Shown here in pieces: positions 20,327 through 30,918 of a stretch of 64,000 nucleotides of DNA. The first letter of the stretch is position 1; every line of letters begins with the position of its first letter. The stretch is from NCBI GenBank assembly GCA_963754985.1, contig CAVWIJ010000006.1, forward strand, positions 27,245 through 91,244, in the 5' to 3' direction. Source of the stretch: an uncultured Holophagae bacterium (GTDB lineage: Bacteria; Acidobacteriota; Thermoanaerobaculia; Thermoanaerobaculales; Sulfomarinibacteraceae). Made by a program: the position numbers and the translations under genes. A model generated the notes under the pieces. That model had not been told where the DNA came from. It searched no databases and worked only from the letters and a program-made list of their open reading frames with translations.

Positions 20327-22459
20327 TCAGGAAGGCGCCAGGGGCGGTGGGTCGCGGCGGGGCGGCAACAGGAAGTCGCGCGGCGCGGTGACGAAGCGGC
20401 GGTAGAGGCTGCCGATCAGCGACCTGATTCCGGCGCCCGGCAGCTCGTAGGCGCGCGCGGCGGTCACCAGGGCGAGCAGGAAGCTCACCGACAGGTTGAG
20501 CACGAACATCACCGCGACGCCGGCGAGGCCGCGCAGGAACATCCCCTCGTCGAACCACCCCCGGCCGAGCGAGGAGGTCGCCAGCGACAGCACGCCGCTG
20601 TTGAGCGTGACGTGGCGGACGTCGAGCGGCGCACCGAGGAAGTGGCCGATCGCCGGCGTCATGCCGAGCATGAAGCCGAGCGAGACGTTGGTCGCCCAGC
20701 CGGCCCCATTGCGGGCCAGCGCCTCGCCCCAGCGCGCCATCCGCTCGCGGCCGAGACGCTCGCCTGCCGGGTGCTGCGCGATCGCCAGCGGCAGCCGGTG
20801 GTAGGCGCAGAAGTTGTCGAACCAGCCGCCGACCACGCTCGCGAGCCACAGGATCACCCCGGTAAGGGCGGCGTAGAACACGGTCAGGGAGTTGACCGGG
20901 CTCAAGGCCTTGTAGACCTTCACCGCTTCCGCTTGGCCGAGGAACGGACGCCCGAGGAGCGCGCTCCACAGGAGGACGAAGGCGACCGACCCGGCGCTGA
21001 CCGCGATCAGGTTGGCGGTCACGGCGGCGAGCTGCGAGCGGGAGATCCTCGCCGCGTACTCGGTGATCTCGTGCGCCCGGTCGTCGCCGCGGCGCTCACG
21101 CACGATGGCGGCCAGGGCGGCGCCGGTCATGGCCGGCTGCTTGGTGGCAAGGACGAGCCCGAAGCGCTGCATGAGGAGGAAGCTCACGGCGTAGTTGAGG
21201 CCGTAGACGAGGCCGTGCACGAAGTCCGGCGCGGGCCAGCCCGAGATCGCGGTCTTGATCGCCGCGGTGCCGACGGTGAGCAGGCCGCCCCCGGCGGCGG
21301 CCAGCCAGATGTGACGGTACTCGCTGCGGGTGTTTGCGATGTAGTGCTCGCCGGTGCGCCCCGAGCGCTCGACAATGCGGCGCTGCAGCAGGTGGGTGGT
21401 CCACCAGGTCAGATGGCGCACGCTGCGATCGTCATTGACCGAGCTCGCGAGACGGGCGAACAGGCGGTGCAGCGCCACCGCGGCCTCGCGCTCGCTCGGC
21501 GCAGCCATGATGTCGAGCATCATGGCCATGCGCGTCAGGCTGCGCTCGATCAGCTCCAGACCGTAGACCACGTGGGTGCTGACGCCCTCGCGCTCGATCC
21601 GGCGGTGGATCTCGGCCATCTCCTCCCGGCAACGCTCGCTCTCTCGCCGCCACGCTTCGGCCTCCTCCGCGAGCGGCTGGCCGGCGAGCCAGCGCTCGAC
21701 GACGACCTCGCTGAGCTGGGCGATGCGGTGGAAGGGCGACGCCGTCACCTCGCAGGGCCGGCTGCGCTTGCGCAGCTTGGGCGACAGCCCCTGCGACTTG
21801 GTCCAGGTGGCGAGCAGGCGGAAACCGTCGGCGAACGAGCGGCGGAGGCCCGCCCAAACCTCCGGATGATCGGCAACCGAGTGGAGGCGGACGAATCGCT
21901 CGAACAGCGCCTCGGGCATCTCGTCGAAGCGCTCGACGTCAGCTGCGGATCGGAACAGCCGGCGCAGCAGCGTGGCCAGATCGCGGTCATTGCGCGGCCG
22001 CGGCAGCAGCCGGTCCATGATCCTCTCGCCGAGCTCGGCAAGGAACCCACGCTCGCTCGGGATGCCGGCGTGCCCGAAGACGTTGGTGGCGTCGCTCTCC
22101 TCGAGCACCGAGCGGATGGCGTCCTGGTAGCGGCGGCGCAGCCCTTGGTCGGACTCGAGCAGCGCGAGCGCCGCGTCGAGCCGGCCGCCCCGACGCCGCG
22201 ACCAGAAGTGGCGTCCGGGTGAGCTCTCCGGGTCGTCCCATCCCTCGCGAGCCCAGCGCACCAGCGCCACGACCGCGTCCATGCGCTCGGGCAGCGTGGC
22301 AGCCTCCAGAATGGGCTCGAGGTGCTGGCGCGCGTCGGCGGCGAGCGAGTCGCCCGCCGCACGGTGCGGCAGCGGCGTTTCGCCTCCCGCCTCGGCCGGC
22401 CCGACCCCCGCAACGTCCTGCTGTCCCGGATGACGAACTTCTGGCTTCACGACTCGCAT
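20327..22459 (-). CDS. Gcr/'SpecificRecomb'-family integral membrane protein
   Basis: Family motifs GF..EL..R...LLP, TGEHYIA, AAGGGLLT, LATKQPAMT, SQLAAV.AN, AALTGVILW..S..GGW.DN, LDVRHVTL; start codon uncertain. Confidence 0.8.
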   Translation of the reverse strand: MRVVKPEVRHPGQQDVAGVGPAEAGGETPLPHRAAGDSLAADARQHLEPILEAATLPERMDAVVALVRWAREGWDDPESSPGRHFWSRRRGGRLDAALALLESDQGLRRRYQDAIRSVLEESDATNVFGHAGIPSERGFLAELGERIMDRLLPRPRNDRDLATLLRRLFRSAADVERFDEMPEALFERFVRLHSVADHPEVWAGLRRSFADGFRLLATWTKSQGLSPKLRKRSRPCEVTASPFHRIAQLSEVVVERWLAGQPLAEEAEAWRRESERCREEMAEIHRRIEREGVSTHVVYGLELIERSLTRMAMMLDIMAAPSEREAAVALHRLFARLASSVNDDRSVRHLTWWTTHLLQRRIVERSGRTGEHYIANTRSEYRHIWLAAAGGGLLTVGTAAIKTAISGWPAPDFVHGLVYGLNYAVSFLLMQRFGLVLATKQPAMTGAALAAIVRERRGDDRAHEITEYAARISRSQLAAVTANLIAVSAGSVAFVLLWSALLGRPFLGQAEAVKVYKALSPVNSLTVFYAALTGVILWLASVVGGWFDNFCAYHRLPLAIAQHPAGERLGRERMARWGEALARNGAGWATNVSLGFMLGMTPAIGHFLGAPLDVRHVTLNSGVLSLATSSLGRGWFDEGMFLRGLAGVAVMFVLNLSVSFLLALVTAARAYELPGAGIRSLIGSLYRRFVTAPRDFLLPPRRDPPPLAPS

Positions 22460-22587
22460 CTCCCGGCGGATCGAGCTGCCTCAGGGTAGCAGGCGCACAC
22501 TGGCCGCTGGGTGGCCGGGAGGGTTGGGCATCGGTGCGCTGGATCTGGAGGTTCCCTCGCCTGCGCGGTGTCGAGTACAGTCGCTCC

Positions 22588-23334
22588 ATGCTCCCTGATC
22601 TCTCCATGCGTGCGGACAACCTCCATGAGTCGATGAACGATCCAAACTGCGCCCGTGAGAAGCTGTTCAGAACCTACCGCCAATTCGCGCTGACCAATCG
22701 CTTTCTTGCCGGTTGGCGTCGTTGCTATGTGAGCCTGATCAGGCCGCATCTGCGCGCCGGTGAGGAATCCACCTTGCTTGACATTGGGTTTGGCGGCGGC
22801 GACATCCCGCGCACACTGTCGGCATGGGTGCGGCGCGACGGCTTTCGACTCGAGATCACCGGAATCGAGCAGGACGCGCGGGCGCTGGAGTACGTCTCGA
22901 CGCTGCCAAAGCGAGGTGGCGTCACCTTTCGCGAGGCCTCACTGGATGACTTGCTGTGCGAGAGACGGATGTTTGATTTTGTGATCTCAAACCACGTACT
23001 GCATGAGCTGACCAATCGCGAGGTCGGCCTTTTCCGCGATCAGGTGGAAGCGCTGACGCGACGTTGCTCAATCATGAACGATATCGCGAGAAGTTCTCCG
23101 GGCTATCTGCTCTTCGCAAGCACAGTGCCGCTGTTCATGCGCAGCTCATTCACCGTGCCGGACGGGCTGATTTCGATCCGGCGCAGCTTTACGCGCGATG
23201 AACTGCAGTCGGCGCTTGGGCCGCGATGGCGAGTGTCGAACGCGGCGTGGTTTCGTCTCATTGCAACATTCACTGGAAGCTCCTCAGGCGCCAGGCCCAG
23301 CCCCAACCATGTTGACGACACCGACTCAGGCTGA
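22588..23334 (+). CDS. class I SAM-dependent methyltransferase
   Basis: 'ESMNDPNC..EKL.RTY.QF..TNR.LAGW', SAM motif LLDIGFGGGD, FDFVISNHVLH, DGLISIRRSFT. Confidence 0.88.
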   Translation: MLPDLSMRADNLHESMNDPNCAREKLFRTYRQFALTNRFLAGWRRCYVSLIRPHLRAGEESTLLDIGFGGGDIPRTLSAWVRRDGFRLEITGIEQDARALEYVSTLPKRGGVTFREASLDDLLCERRMFDFVISNHVLHELTNREVGLFRDQVEALTRRCSIMNDIARSSPGYLLFASTVPLFMRSSFTVPDGLISIRRSFTRDELQSALGPRWRVSNAAWFRLIATFTGSSSGARPSPNHVDDTDSG

Positions 23335-23600
23335 GTGACGAAGAGAGCGCGTGGTGCGGTACCGGCCGAAGATCGTCGTCAGGGGTGCCACCTACCGCGC
23401 CCATAGAGATGCCATGGAGTTGCCCGACACCTGAAAGCACGAGGGATCTGGAAATACACCGAAGCGCGGTACCGTTTGCCGCAATGGCGTCTCGATCCTC
23501 CGGCCAACGACACTGTAGCTGCGAGGTCGATCGACAGCCTCCGACCGGATCAATGGAGCAGAACAGAATGGTCAACGACCGCGCGCGCGTTGTCGCCGAC

Positions 23601-25782
23601 ATGACAAAACCACGGGTCTGTGAGTTTGGCGCTGCGCGCCGTGTGGCGAGCGCCCTCGTCCTCGCCGTGCTCTCGACCGGCGTGTGCGCCGCCCAGATTC
23701 CGGGATCGACCTGGCGCTACTACCGGCCCGGCAACACCGGGATCCAGGGCGACTACAACCAGGCGATCTACATCGGGCCGGACGACGACCCGTGGATCGG
23801 CGGCTACGACCCCGGCTTCGAGGAAGGCGGCGTCGCCAAGCTCGCTGCAGGCCGAGAACCGCTGGATCAACGTCTCGAACATCGACTACCCGGTGATCGG
23901 GCATCCTGACGTCACCGGCACCACGCGCGTCAGCGACATCGTGGCCGACGCCAACGGCGATCTCTGGATGGCCACGTGGCGGAGCGCGCTCACGATGGAC
24001 CCGGAGGTCGGCGGCCCGTCCCTGGTCAACTTCGCCTCGGCGAGCCCGGCGCTGGCCAACGGCGGCGCCCGCGACCTCGACATCGCGCCGGACGGCACGA
24101 TCTGGTTCGCCCTGATCGGCTACGGCGGATACCAGGGCGGCGTCGTCCGGCACACTCCCGGCACCTCCGACTGGCACTACTGGACCGGCGGCTCGGTGCC
24201 CCAGGGGGGCAACGGCTGGCCGCAGCTGGTGTGGAACGTGGCGCACGTGTCGATCCAGCCCAAGCCGGGCGGCGGCTACATCGTGTGGGCCGACAGCGAC
24301 AACAGCTCCGCGATCGTGTCCTTCGACAGCAACTCCCAGCTCTGGACCTTCCACGAGTTCAGCTACACGCCCGGATCGCTGCTCGAGCTGCCGGGCAAGG
24401 ACTGCGTCGACGACTCCGGGAACCTGTGGGCGAGGCGCTTCTCGCACTTCTCGGGCAGCGACCCGGTCTTCTCGCTCGACTATCGCACGCCGTCCGGCAC
24501 CTGGATCGTGCCGCCGCAGCCCAGCCTGCCGGCGGTCAACCCGCCGATCTGGGCCTTCACCGCCCACGGCGACGGCGGAGCCCTGCTCGCTGACGGCACC
24601 AGCCGGATCTGGAGCTTCAACGGCGCCGGCTGGGACGACCTCGGCATCTGGGGCGACTTCACCTCCACCTACAGCCTCGCCGTCGACAGCCTCGGCAACG
24701 TCTGGGCGAGCGGCGTCGGCGGCGCCGGCGAAGCGCGACGTCGCGACCGGCCTCTGGCAGCGCCACCGGGTCAGCAACAGCAGCCAGTACGACACCTTCA
24801 ACGCCGACCTGCACATCGATCCGGCGACGGGTCGCGTGGCGGCGTGCGCCAACGCCGGTTCCGGCGTCGGCGGCATGACGATCTTCGACGGCGTGCGCTG
24901 GACCGGCTTCAACAACGACCAGTACGGGCTCGGCGAGCCCTGGCCGTTCCCGTCCGACAACTGCCAGGAGGTCGCCTTCCGGCCCTCGACCGCAGGCGTG
25001 GTCGCGAACCCCACCTACGCCGGCCTGCACGAGTGGGACGGTGCGACCTGGACGGATCTCGGCGGCCGAGCGAGAGCCGCGGGCTCGTCGAGGACTCGCT
25101 GGGCCGCCTGTGGTCGCTCGGCCTCTACTACGACCTGCGCTACTTTGACGGGACGAACTGGTTCCTGGTGCCGAACAACGGCGCCGGGGGCGTCAACCTC
25201 CAGCGCGACCCCACCCGTCCGGGGACGATCTGGGCGAGCACCGACGCCGAGGTGATCCGCACCGACGGGAACTACCGGTACTCTCGCGACTACACCCAGT
25301 TCCCGCAGCTCAACCCGCAGAGCGACCTCTTCAGCACGGTCGCCGCGGCGCGGGACGGCATCGCCTGGCTCGGGTCCACCCAGGGCATCTTCCGCCTCGA
25401 CGCCGAGGCCGGGACCTACGACTACTTCACCTCGCTCGGCGGCATCTCGGCGATGAACGCCAGCCCGCTCGCCGTCACCCCCGATGGCCTGCTCTGGTAC
25501 AACGTCTTCGACCCCTTCGGGACAGGACCGCACGGACTGGTCTGGTTCGACGGCACGAACGCTGGGATCTACCCTGCCCCGCGCGGTGGAGAGCCGCAGT
25601 GGGGCGGACTGCCGCACGCGCAGATCGCCTCACTCGAGGTCCGCATCGTGCCGGGCGGCTACGAGCTGTGGATGAGCTGCCTGTCGCGCGGCATCGCGGT
25701 GCTGTTCGTGCCCGCGGGCTCGGTCTTTACGGACGGCTTCGAGTCCGGCGACACCGCGGCCTGGTCGGCGACCGTGCCGTAA
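23601..25782 (+). CDS. secreted beta-propeller protein with C-terminal VFTDGFESGDTAAWSATVP tag; frameshifts near 23845, 24730 and 25065
   Basis: Signal peptide; 'WRYYRPGNTGI.GD', repeated D..G.(L/I)W blades; the fragments join into one protein. Confidence 0.8.
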
Positions 25783-25835
25783 GGCCGCGCCGGCAGCCGC
25801 CGCGGTCCAAATAGCTCGACCGCTGATCTGCCGGC

Positions 25836-27218
25836 TCAGCCCACCGGCACGCGGAGCTTGGTCGCGAGGTTGTCGCCGATCCACTTCGCGTCGAGCCATT
25901 CGAGCGGGTCCACCGACTGGCCGTGCACGAAGATCTCGAGGTGGAGGTGGTCGCCGCCGGCGAGGCCGGTCGCGCCGCTCGAGCCGATGATGTCGCCCTT
26001 GGCGACGCGGTCGCCGGCCGCCGCGCTGACCGCCGACAGGTGGCCGCACAGCGAGAGCACACCGTAGCCGTGGTCGATCACCACGGCGTTGCCGTAGAGG
26101 CTCATCCAGCCAGCGTAGACGACCTTGCCCGAGTTGGGCGCCGGCACCGGCGCCCTTGCGGTCGACGCGAGGTCGAGCCCGAGGTGGGTCTGGCGGTCGA
26201 CCTGGCGGCCGTTGTAGACATAGCTGCGGGTCTGCGCGAAGTTGGCCTCGAGCGCCGTGTTGGGCATCTGCAGGAAGGGCCCGGACCACAGGAAGGCGGG
26301 CTCGCTCGCGCCGGCGAGCGCTGCAACCTCGGCCAGCTCGGCGCGCCGCAGCTCGCCGTTGATCCGCAGGTACTGGTCGAGCAGGGATCCGGAGGCGTCA
26401 AAACCCGGCGTCTGGCTGGCGATGGCGGGCACCACCCGCTCGAGGAAGGCGTCGCTCACGTCAATGGTGTCGGTGCGCGGCGGCATCGGCTTGAAGAGGT
26501 CGAGGAAGGGCTGCTCGGCACGGTTGCCGGCGTCGTCCTCGGCGAACAGGCGGATCTGCGACGAGTCGGCGACGTTCCAGGGCAGGGCGTAGAGCACGAA
26601 GCGGTCGCCACCTGAGCCGCCGGGGAGAGGGGAGCCGACGGAGACGACGTCGCCGGCGCGAACGCCGGAGCGCGCCGCCGTCTCGCCGACCCGGTAGACC
26701 ACCGCGCCGCTGCCGCCCTGGCGGGCGTAGTGCTGGGACGACAGGAGCTCGAGCCGCGGCGGCCGCCGCCGCACCGCAAGCGTTTGCTCGACCACGACCG
26801 GCTCGGGCGTCCGTAGGGCGCCGGCCGCCCGCTCGGCGACCGCCCGCAGCGTCAGCTCGCCCTCCTGCAGCCAAGGGAAGGCCTCGGTGCCGAGCGTTGC
26901 CTCGAGCGCCGCGTCGGTGGTGCCGCCCCCGAGGAACGGCAGGCCGAGCCCGCGTTCGAAGCGCTGCTCGGCGACGACCTCAGTGCGGCCGCCCTGGGTG
27001 AGCTCCACGCGGATCGCGCCGAGCCCGCGCCCGGGCTCGCTGAAACGCGCGGTCACCAGGTTCGACCTGCCCACCGCCGGCCACTCGGTCTCCAGGGTGA
27101 TGGCCGGCGCCGGGCCGACCCGCAGCGCGAGCCACAGGCCGATGACGGCGATCACCGCCGCCACCACCAGCAGGAGAGCGATCGGGGCTCTGCGAGACTT
27201 CTTCGAGCTGACGAACAT
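25836..27218 (-). CDS. M23 family metallopeptidase, N-terminally membrane-anchored
   Basis: HLGLDLAS (HxxxD), YGNAVVIDHG, GHLS, TGLAGGDHLH, VDPLEW. Confidence 0.93.
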   Translation of the reverse strand: MFVSSKKSRRAPIALLLVVAAVIAVIGLWLALRVGPAPAITLETEWPAVGRSNLVTARFSEPGRGLGAIRVELTQGGRTEVVAEQRFERGLGLPFLGGGTTDAALEATLGTEAFPWLQEGELTLRAVAERAAGALRTPEPVVVEQTLAVRRRPPRLELLSSQHYARQGGSGAVVYRVGETAARSGVRAGDVVSVGSPLPGGSGGDRFVLYALPWNVADSSQIRLFAEDDAGNRAEQPFLDLFKPMPPRTDTIDVSDAFLERVVPAIASQTPGFDASGSLLDQYLRINGELRRAELAEVAALAGASEPAFLWSGPFLQMPNTALEANFAQTRSYVYNGRQVDRQTHLGLDLASTARAPVPAPNSGKVVYAGWMSLYGNAVVIDHGYGVLSLCGHLSAVSAAAGDRVAKGDIIGSSGATGLAGGDHLHLEIFVHGQSVDPLEWLDAKWIGDNLATKLRVPVG

Positions 27219-27398
27219 GCGCTTGCCTCCCGCGCCGAGGCGCGTCGGGGCGAGAGGATAGCGTATCCCGAGGAGGTTGCGAGCGCCATCCGGCTCGGGA
27301 CGCTGCTCACCATGGCTGCGGTGCCCCTGGTCCTCACCGCGCTGGTGTGATCCGGAGCGCCCGTCGATCGGCGTGGCCGGAGCTCCTGCCCTCGGGGC

Positions 27399-28124
27399 TC
27401 AGCCGAAGGGGATCTCCTCTCGCTTCCCCTGCACCATGGAGTAGCAGGTGCCGGGCCAGAACCAGGGCTCGTTGCCGGGGCCGTGGACCTGGATGCCGGC
27501 GAGCACCGCCCAGTCGTCCTCGATCGCATCGAGGGTCTGCCCGATCAGCGTCTCGAGGTCCTCGACGATGGCCCGGTAGGCCGCGCCCGTGAGGTCGACC
27601 AGGCTCGGCAGCCGTCCGAACGGCAGCTCGCGCAGCAGCCGCTGCTTGAGCAGGCTGTGCTCGATGTCGCCGGGGTCGGTGCCCAGCGCCACGCGGCCGC
27701 TCTCGAGCTCGCCGAGGAAGGCGCGGAGCGCGCCGCAGGCGTGCGAGGTCCCCGGCCGGCCGATGCGGCTGCAGACGCCGAGCTCGCCGCCGGCGCCGAT
27801 GCCGATGTGGGGGGCGACGAAGAACACGTAGCGCTCGCGGTCGTCCTCGATCGGGGCGTGGCGGCGGGCGGCGGCGAAGCCGGTGCGGCCGACGAGCAGC
27901 AGCCCGGACAGCGCCGAAAAGCCGAAGGGCCACCCCCACAGCGCGTGCACGGCATAGGTCAGGGTGTGGCAGATCTCGTCCCGGCAGACGCCCACGCAGG
28001 CCAGCGTGTTGTCCGGCGAGAAGCCCCGCTCCTGGGTCAGCAGCCGGGAGCTCTCGTCGACGAAGTCCTCCTCGCGCAGCGCTCCCGGGAAGTGCTCCTC
28101 CCTGACCGACTCGAACGACGCCAT
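27399..28124 (-). CDS. LCIB/LCIC-like (theta-type) carbonic anhydrase domain protein
   Basis: FPGAL, 'NTLACVGVCRDE', 'GRTGFAAARRHAP', 'ERYVFFVAPHIGI...GELG...R.G....ACGAL', 'GIQVHGP'; Cys-His-Cys zinc ligand set. Confidence 0.82.
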   Translation of the reverse strand: MASFESVREEHFPGALREEDFVDESSRLLTQERGFSPDNTLACVGVCRDEICHTLTYAVHALWGWPFGFSALSGLLLVGRTGFAAARRHAPIEDDRERYVFFVAPHIGIGAGGELGVCSRIGRPGTSHACGALRAFLGELESGRVALGTDPGDIEHSLLKQRLLRELPFGRLPSLVDLTGAAYRAIVEDLETLIGQTLDAIEDDWAVLAGIQVHGPGNEPWFWPGTCYSMVQGKREEIPFG

Positions 28125-28334
28125 CCATCACCCCCTGCTGCCGCGCGTGAGAGGCCCGTCTGGTGCCCGCAGTGTAGCGTGGCGCGCCCTCCAGACCGGC
28201 ATGAGCGGCGAGGCGCCGGGGCCGCTGAGCCGGCCGCGCGTCGAGAACCGGTGCCCCCCGGACCGCGTATCGTTGGGGTGAGAAGCGGCGGGCGCCGCGC
28301 TGCCGCGGCGCCGCACCGCCGGGAGGGACCGACG

Positions 28335-29270
28335 ATGACCGAGCAGGAGACGAGGGCGATCCTCACGATCTGCCTGATGGCGGCGTTCGCCGACGGTGCC
28401 AAGGACGAGCGCGAGCGGGAGCAGGTGCGGCGGGTCGCCGCCACGCTGACGGGCGACGGCGCGACCGACCTCACAGGGGCCACTCACGACGTGCTGCTGA
28501 AGGGGACCGCGGTCGAGGAGGCGGCAGCTGTCCTCGGCTCTCCCGAGCTGCGGCAGCTCGCCTACGAGATGGCAGTCGGCGTGTGCGATGCCGACGAGGC
28601 ACGCAGCGCTGCCGAGATCCAGTTCCTCGACCGCCTGCGGGGCGCCCTCAGGCTCGAGCCGAGCGCCATCGAGCCCTTCCAGGCGCAGGCCGACGCGCTC
28701 GCCGCCGAACCGGTCGTGGTCAGCGCTGCAACGTCTGCACCGGGGGCCACCGGCAGCGCCGAGCTCGACCGCATGATCCTCAACACCTCGATCCTCAACG
28801 GCGCGCTCGAGCTGCTGCCGCAGACGCTCGCCACGATGGCGATCATCCCGCTGCAGATGAAGATGGTCTACCGGATCGGCACGGCGCACGGCTTCGAGCT
28901 CGACCGCGGCCACATCAAGGACTTCCTGGCCACGGTCGGCGTCGGCCTGAGCTCGCAAGCCATCGAGCGCGTCGGCCGCCGGCTGGTCGGCGGCGTGCTC
29001 GGCAGGCTGGGCGGCGGCCTCGCCCGCCGGCTCGGCTCCGCCGCCACCGGATCGGCCTTCTCCTTCGCCACCACCTACGCGCTCGGGCACGTCGCGAAGA
29101 GCTACTACGCCGGCGGCCGCACCCTGGATGCGCAGCGGCTCAAGGAGTCGTTCGCGTCGCTGCTCGGCGAGGCGAAGACACTCGAGGAGCGCTACCTGCC
29201 CGACATTCGAGAACGGGCCCGCACCATCAACCCGGGCGCCCTGCTCGACCTGGTGCGCCGGCCGGTGTAG
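28335..29270 (+). CDS. TerB-like domain + DUF697/YcjF-like membrane-associated protein
   Basis: 'AILTICLMAAFADG.KDERER', 'LAYEMAVGVCDAD..S.AE..FL..L', 'ELLPQTLATMAIIPLQMKMVYRIG..HG', 'FATTYALG.VA..YY'. Confidence 0.8.
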   Translation: MTEQETRAILTICLMAAFADGAKDEREREQVRRVAATLTGDGATDLTGATHDVLLKGTAVEEAAAVLGSPELRQLAYEMAVGVCDADEARSAAEIQFLDRLRGALRLEPSAIEPFQAQADALAAEPVVVSAATSAPGATGSAELDRMILNTSILNGALELLPQTLATMAIIPLQMKMVYRIGTAHGFELDRGHIKDFLATVGVGLSSQAIERVGRRLVGGVLGRLGGGLARRLGSAATGSAFSFATTYALGHVAKSYYAGGRTLDAQRLKESFASLLGEAKTLEERYLPDIRERARTINPGALLDLVRRPV

Positions 29271-29310
29271 GGCGGGGCACTTCAGCCCCCACCAAGCGCT
29301 GCTGTCCGGG

Positions 29311-29468
29311 TCGTTCCCGTTCCCGATCCCGTTCCCGATCCCGTGCCCGTTCCCGAGACGACGGCAGGCGCTCAGTCAACCGTCGGTGCCGGCGCTCACG
29401 AAGAACGGCGCTCCCCTGTCCCGTCGCATCCCATCCGGGTACGGGAACGGGAAGGGGAACGGGAACGG
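29311..29468. repeat. inverted hexamer-array element (CCCGTT/CCCGAT)7 ... (ACGGGA)~5
   Basis: Seven CCCGWK units at 29316-29357 and complementary ACGGGA units at 29436-29468, between convergent genes. Confidence 0.85.
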
Positions 29469-29493
29469 ATCGCAGCAGCCTCGCGAGCTTGGG

Positions 29494-30504
29494 TCAACCC
29501 ACCTTGAGCAGCTGCTTGCCCCGGTTGGCGCCGGTGAACAGCCGGCGCAGCGTGCGGGGCGCGTTCTCCAGACCTTCCTGGATGTCGACCTCGACGCGGA
29601 TCTCCCCGGCCTCCACCCAGCGTCCAAGCTCGGCGACCGCTTCGCCGGTGCGGTGGAGGTAGTCGAGGATGATGAAGCCCTCCATGCGGCCGCGCTGCAG
29701 GAGCAGGTTGAGGTAGTGGCGCGGCCCCGGTCCGAGCTCGCTGCGGTTGTAGTCCGCGATCGCGCCGCACAGCACGACCCGTCCCTTGAAGGCGAGCCGC
29801 GCCAGCGCGGCGTCGAGGATCTCGCCGCCGACGTTGTCGAAGTAGATGTCGATGCCGCCGGGGCAGAGAGCGGCCAGGCGCGCCGCGACGTCCTCGCTGC
29901 GGTAGTCGATGGCGGCGTCGAAGCGGGCCTCGTCGACCAGCCAGCGGCACTTGTCCTGGCCGCCGGCGATTCCGACCACCCGGCAACCCTTGAGGCGGGC
30001 GATCTGACCGACCACCGAGCCGGTGGCGCCAGCGGCGCCCGACACGACAACCGTCTCCCCCGCCTCCGGCCGGCCGATCTCGAGCAGCCCGAAGTAGGCG
30101 GTCAGACCGGTGACGCCGAGGGCGCTCATCGCGATCGGGATCGGGACGCTCTCGGGGACCACGTTGAGCCTGGCCGAGCTGCCGTCCAGCAGGGCGTAGT
30201 CCTGCCAGCCGAGGAGGCCCTGGACCAGCTGGCCCTCCTGATAGCCCGGGTGCCGTGACTCGACGACCCGGCCGACCCCGAACGAGCGCATCACCTCGCC
30301 GATCGCCACCGCCGGCAGGTAGGTGTCGCGGGCCATCCAGCCTCGTTGGGTCGGATCACATGACAGGTAGAGGGTGCGGACGAGCAGCTGCCCGTCCGAC
30401 GTCAATCCGGGGGCCGGCTCCTCGACCCAGCGGAAGTGCTCGTCACCCACCATGCCCTCGGGCCGCGCCGCCAGGCGCCACTGCCGGTTGGTTCTCGACT
30501 CCAT
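29494..30504 (-). CDS. NADP-dependent oxidoreductase (MDR; CurA/YncB/prostaglandin reductase-like)
   Basis: NRQWRLAARPEG, YLSCDP..RGWM, LGVTGLTAYFGL, VSGAAGATGS, YFDNVGG, LCGAIADY, G.NRGK. Confidence 0.93.
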   Translation of the reverse strand: MESRTNRQWRLAARPEGMVGDEHFRWVEEPAPGLTSDGQLLVRTLYLSCDPTQRGWMARDTYLPAVAIGEVMRSFGVGRVVESRHPGYQEGQLVQGLLGWQDYALLDGSSARLNVVPESVPIPIAMSALGVTGLTAYFGLLEIGRPEAGETVVVSGAAGATGSVVGQIARLKGCRVVGIAGGQDKCRWLVDEARFDAAIDYRSEDVAARLAALCPGGIDIYFDNVGGEILDAALARLAFKGRVVLCGAIADYNRSELGPGPRHYLNLLLQRGRMEGFIILDYLHRTGEAVAELGRWVEAGEIRVEVDIQEGLENAPRTLRRLFTGANRGKQLLKVG

Positions 30505-30918
30505 GCCATCCTCCGTCGATCTCTGGTCCGTTCACTCGGCCGCCGGCTGTCCGCCGTCCCGGCGGGACGCGCAGGCACCAAGGGAAGCGTCGCCGGCCTG
30601 AACGGCATTCCGAGTTAGAATCCACGGCAGAGAGCCCAGAGGGTCCAAAGCTCCATGCCGTCGCCGAGGGCGACCGCCGCCGTCATCGTGCTCCTTGCCG
30701 TGATGGCTGGAGCCACGCCAGCCGCGGCGCAGCACGCGACCACCGGATCGCTGGCCGGGTCCGTGGCCGGAACGGGCGGCGATCCGCGCCGCATGGCCGA
30801 CGCGCGCGGGCTGTGACGCTCAGGGCCGGACAGCCTCCACGCCCGGGGACTGGGAGAGTGGGGAAACCCGGGCGGCGCGCCCCCCGAGAGGGACGCGCCG
30901 CCCGCATCGGACTTCGGA

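Noticed and set aside
20327-22459. 'Site-specific recombinase' family gene as a sign of a mobile element
   Set aside because: It is a multi-TM membrane protein with no tyrosine or serine recombinase catalytic motifs and no att sites; the family name is probably a misnomer
29311-29468. Possible CRISPR array
   Set aside because: Only 6-bp tandem units, no unique spacers and no cas genes
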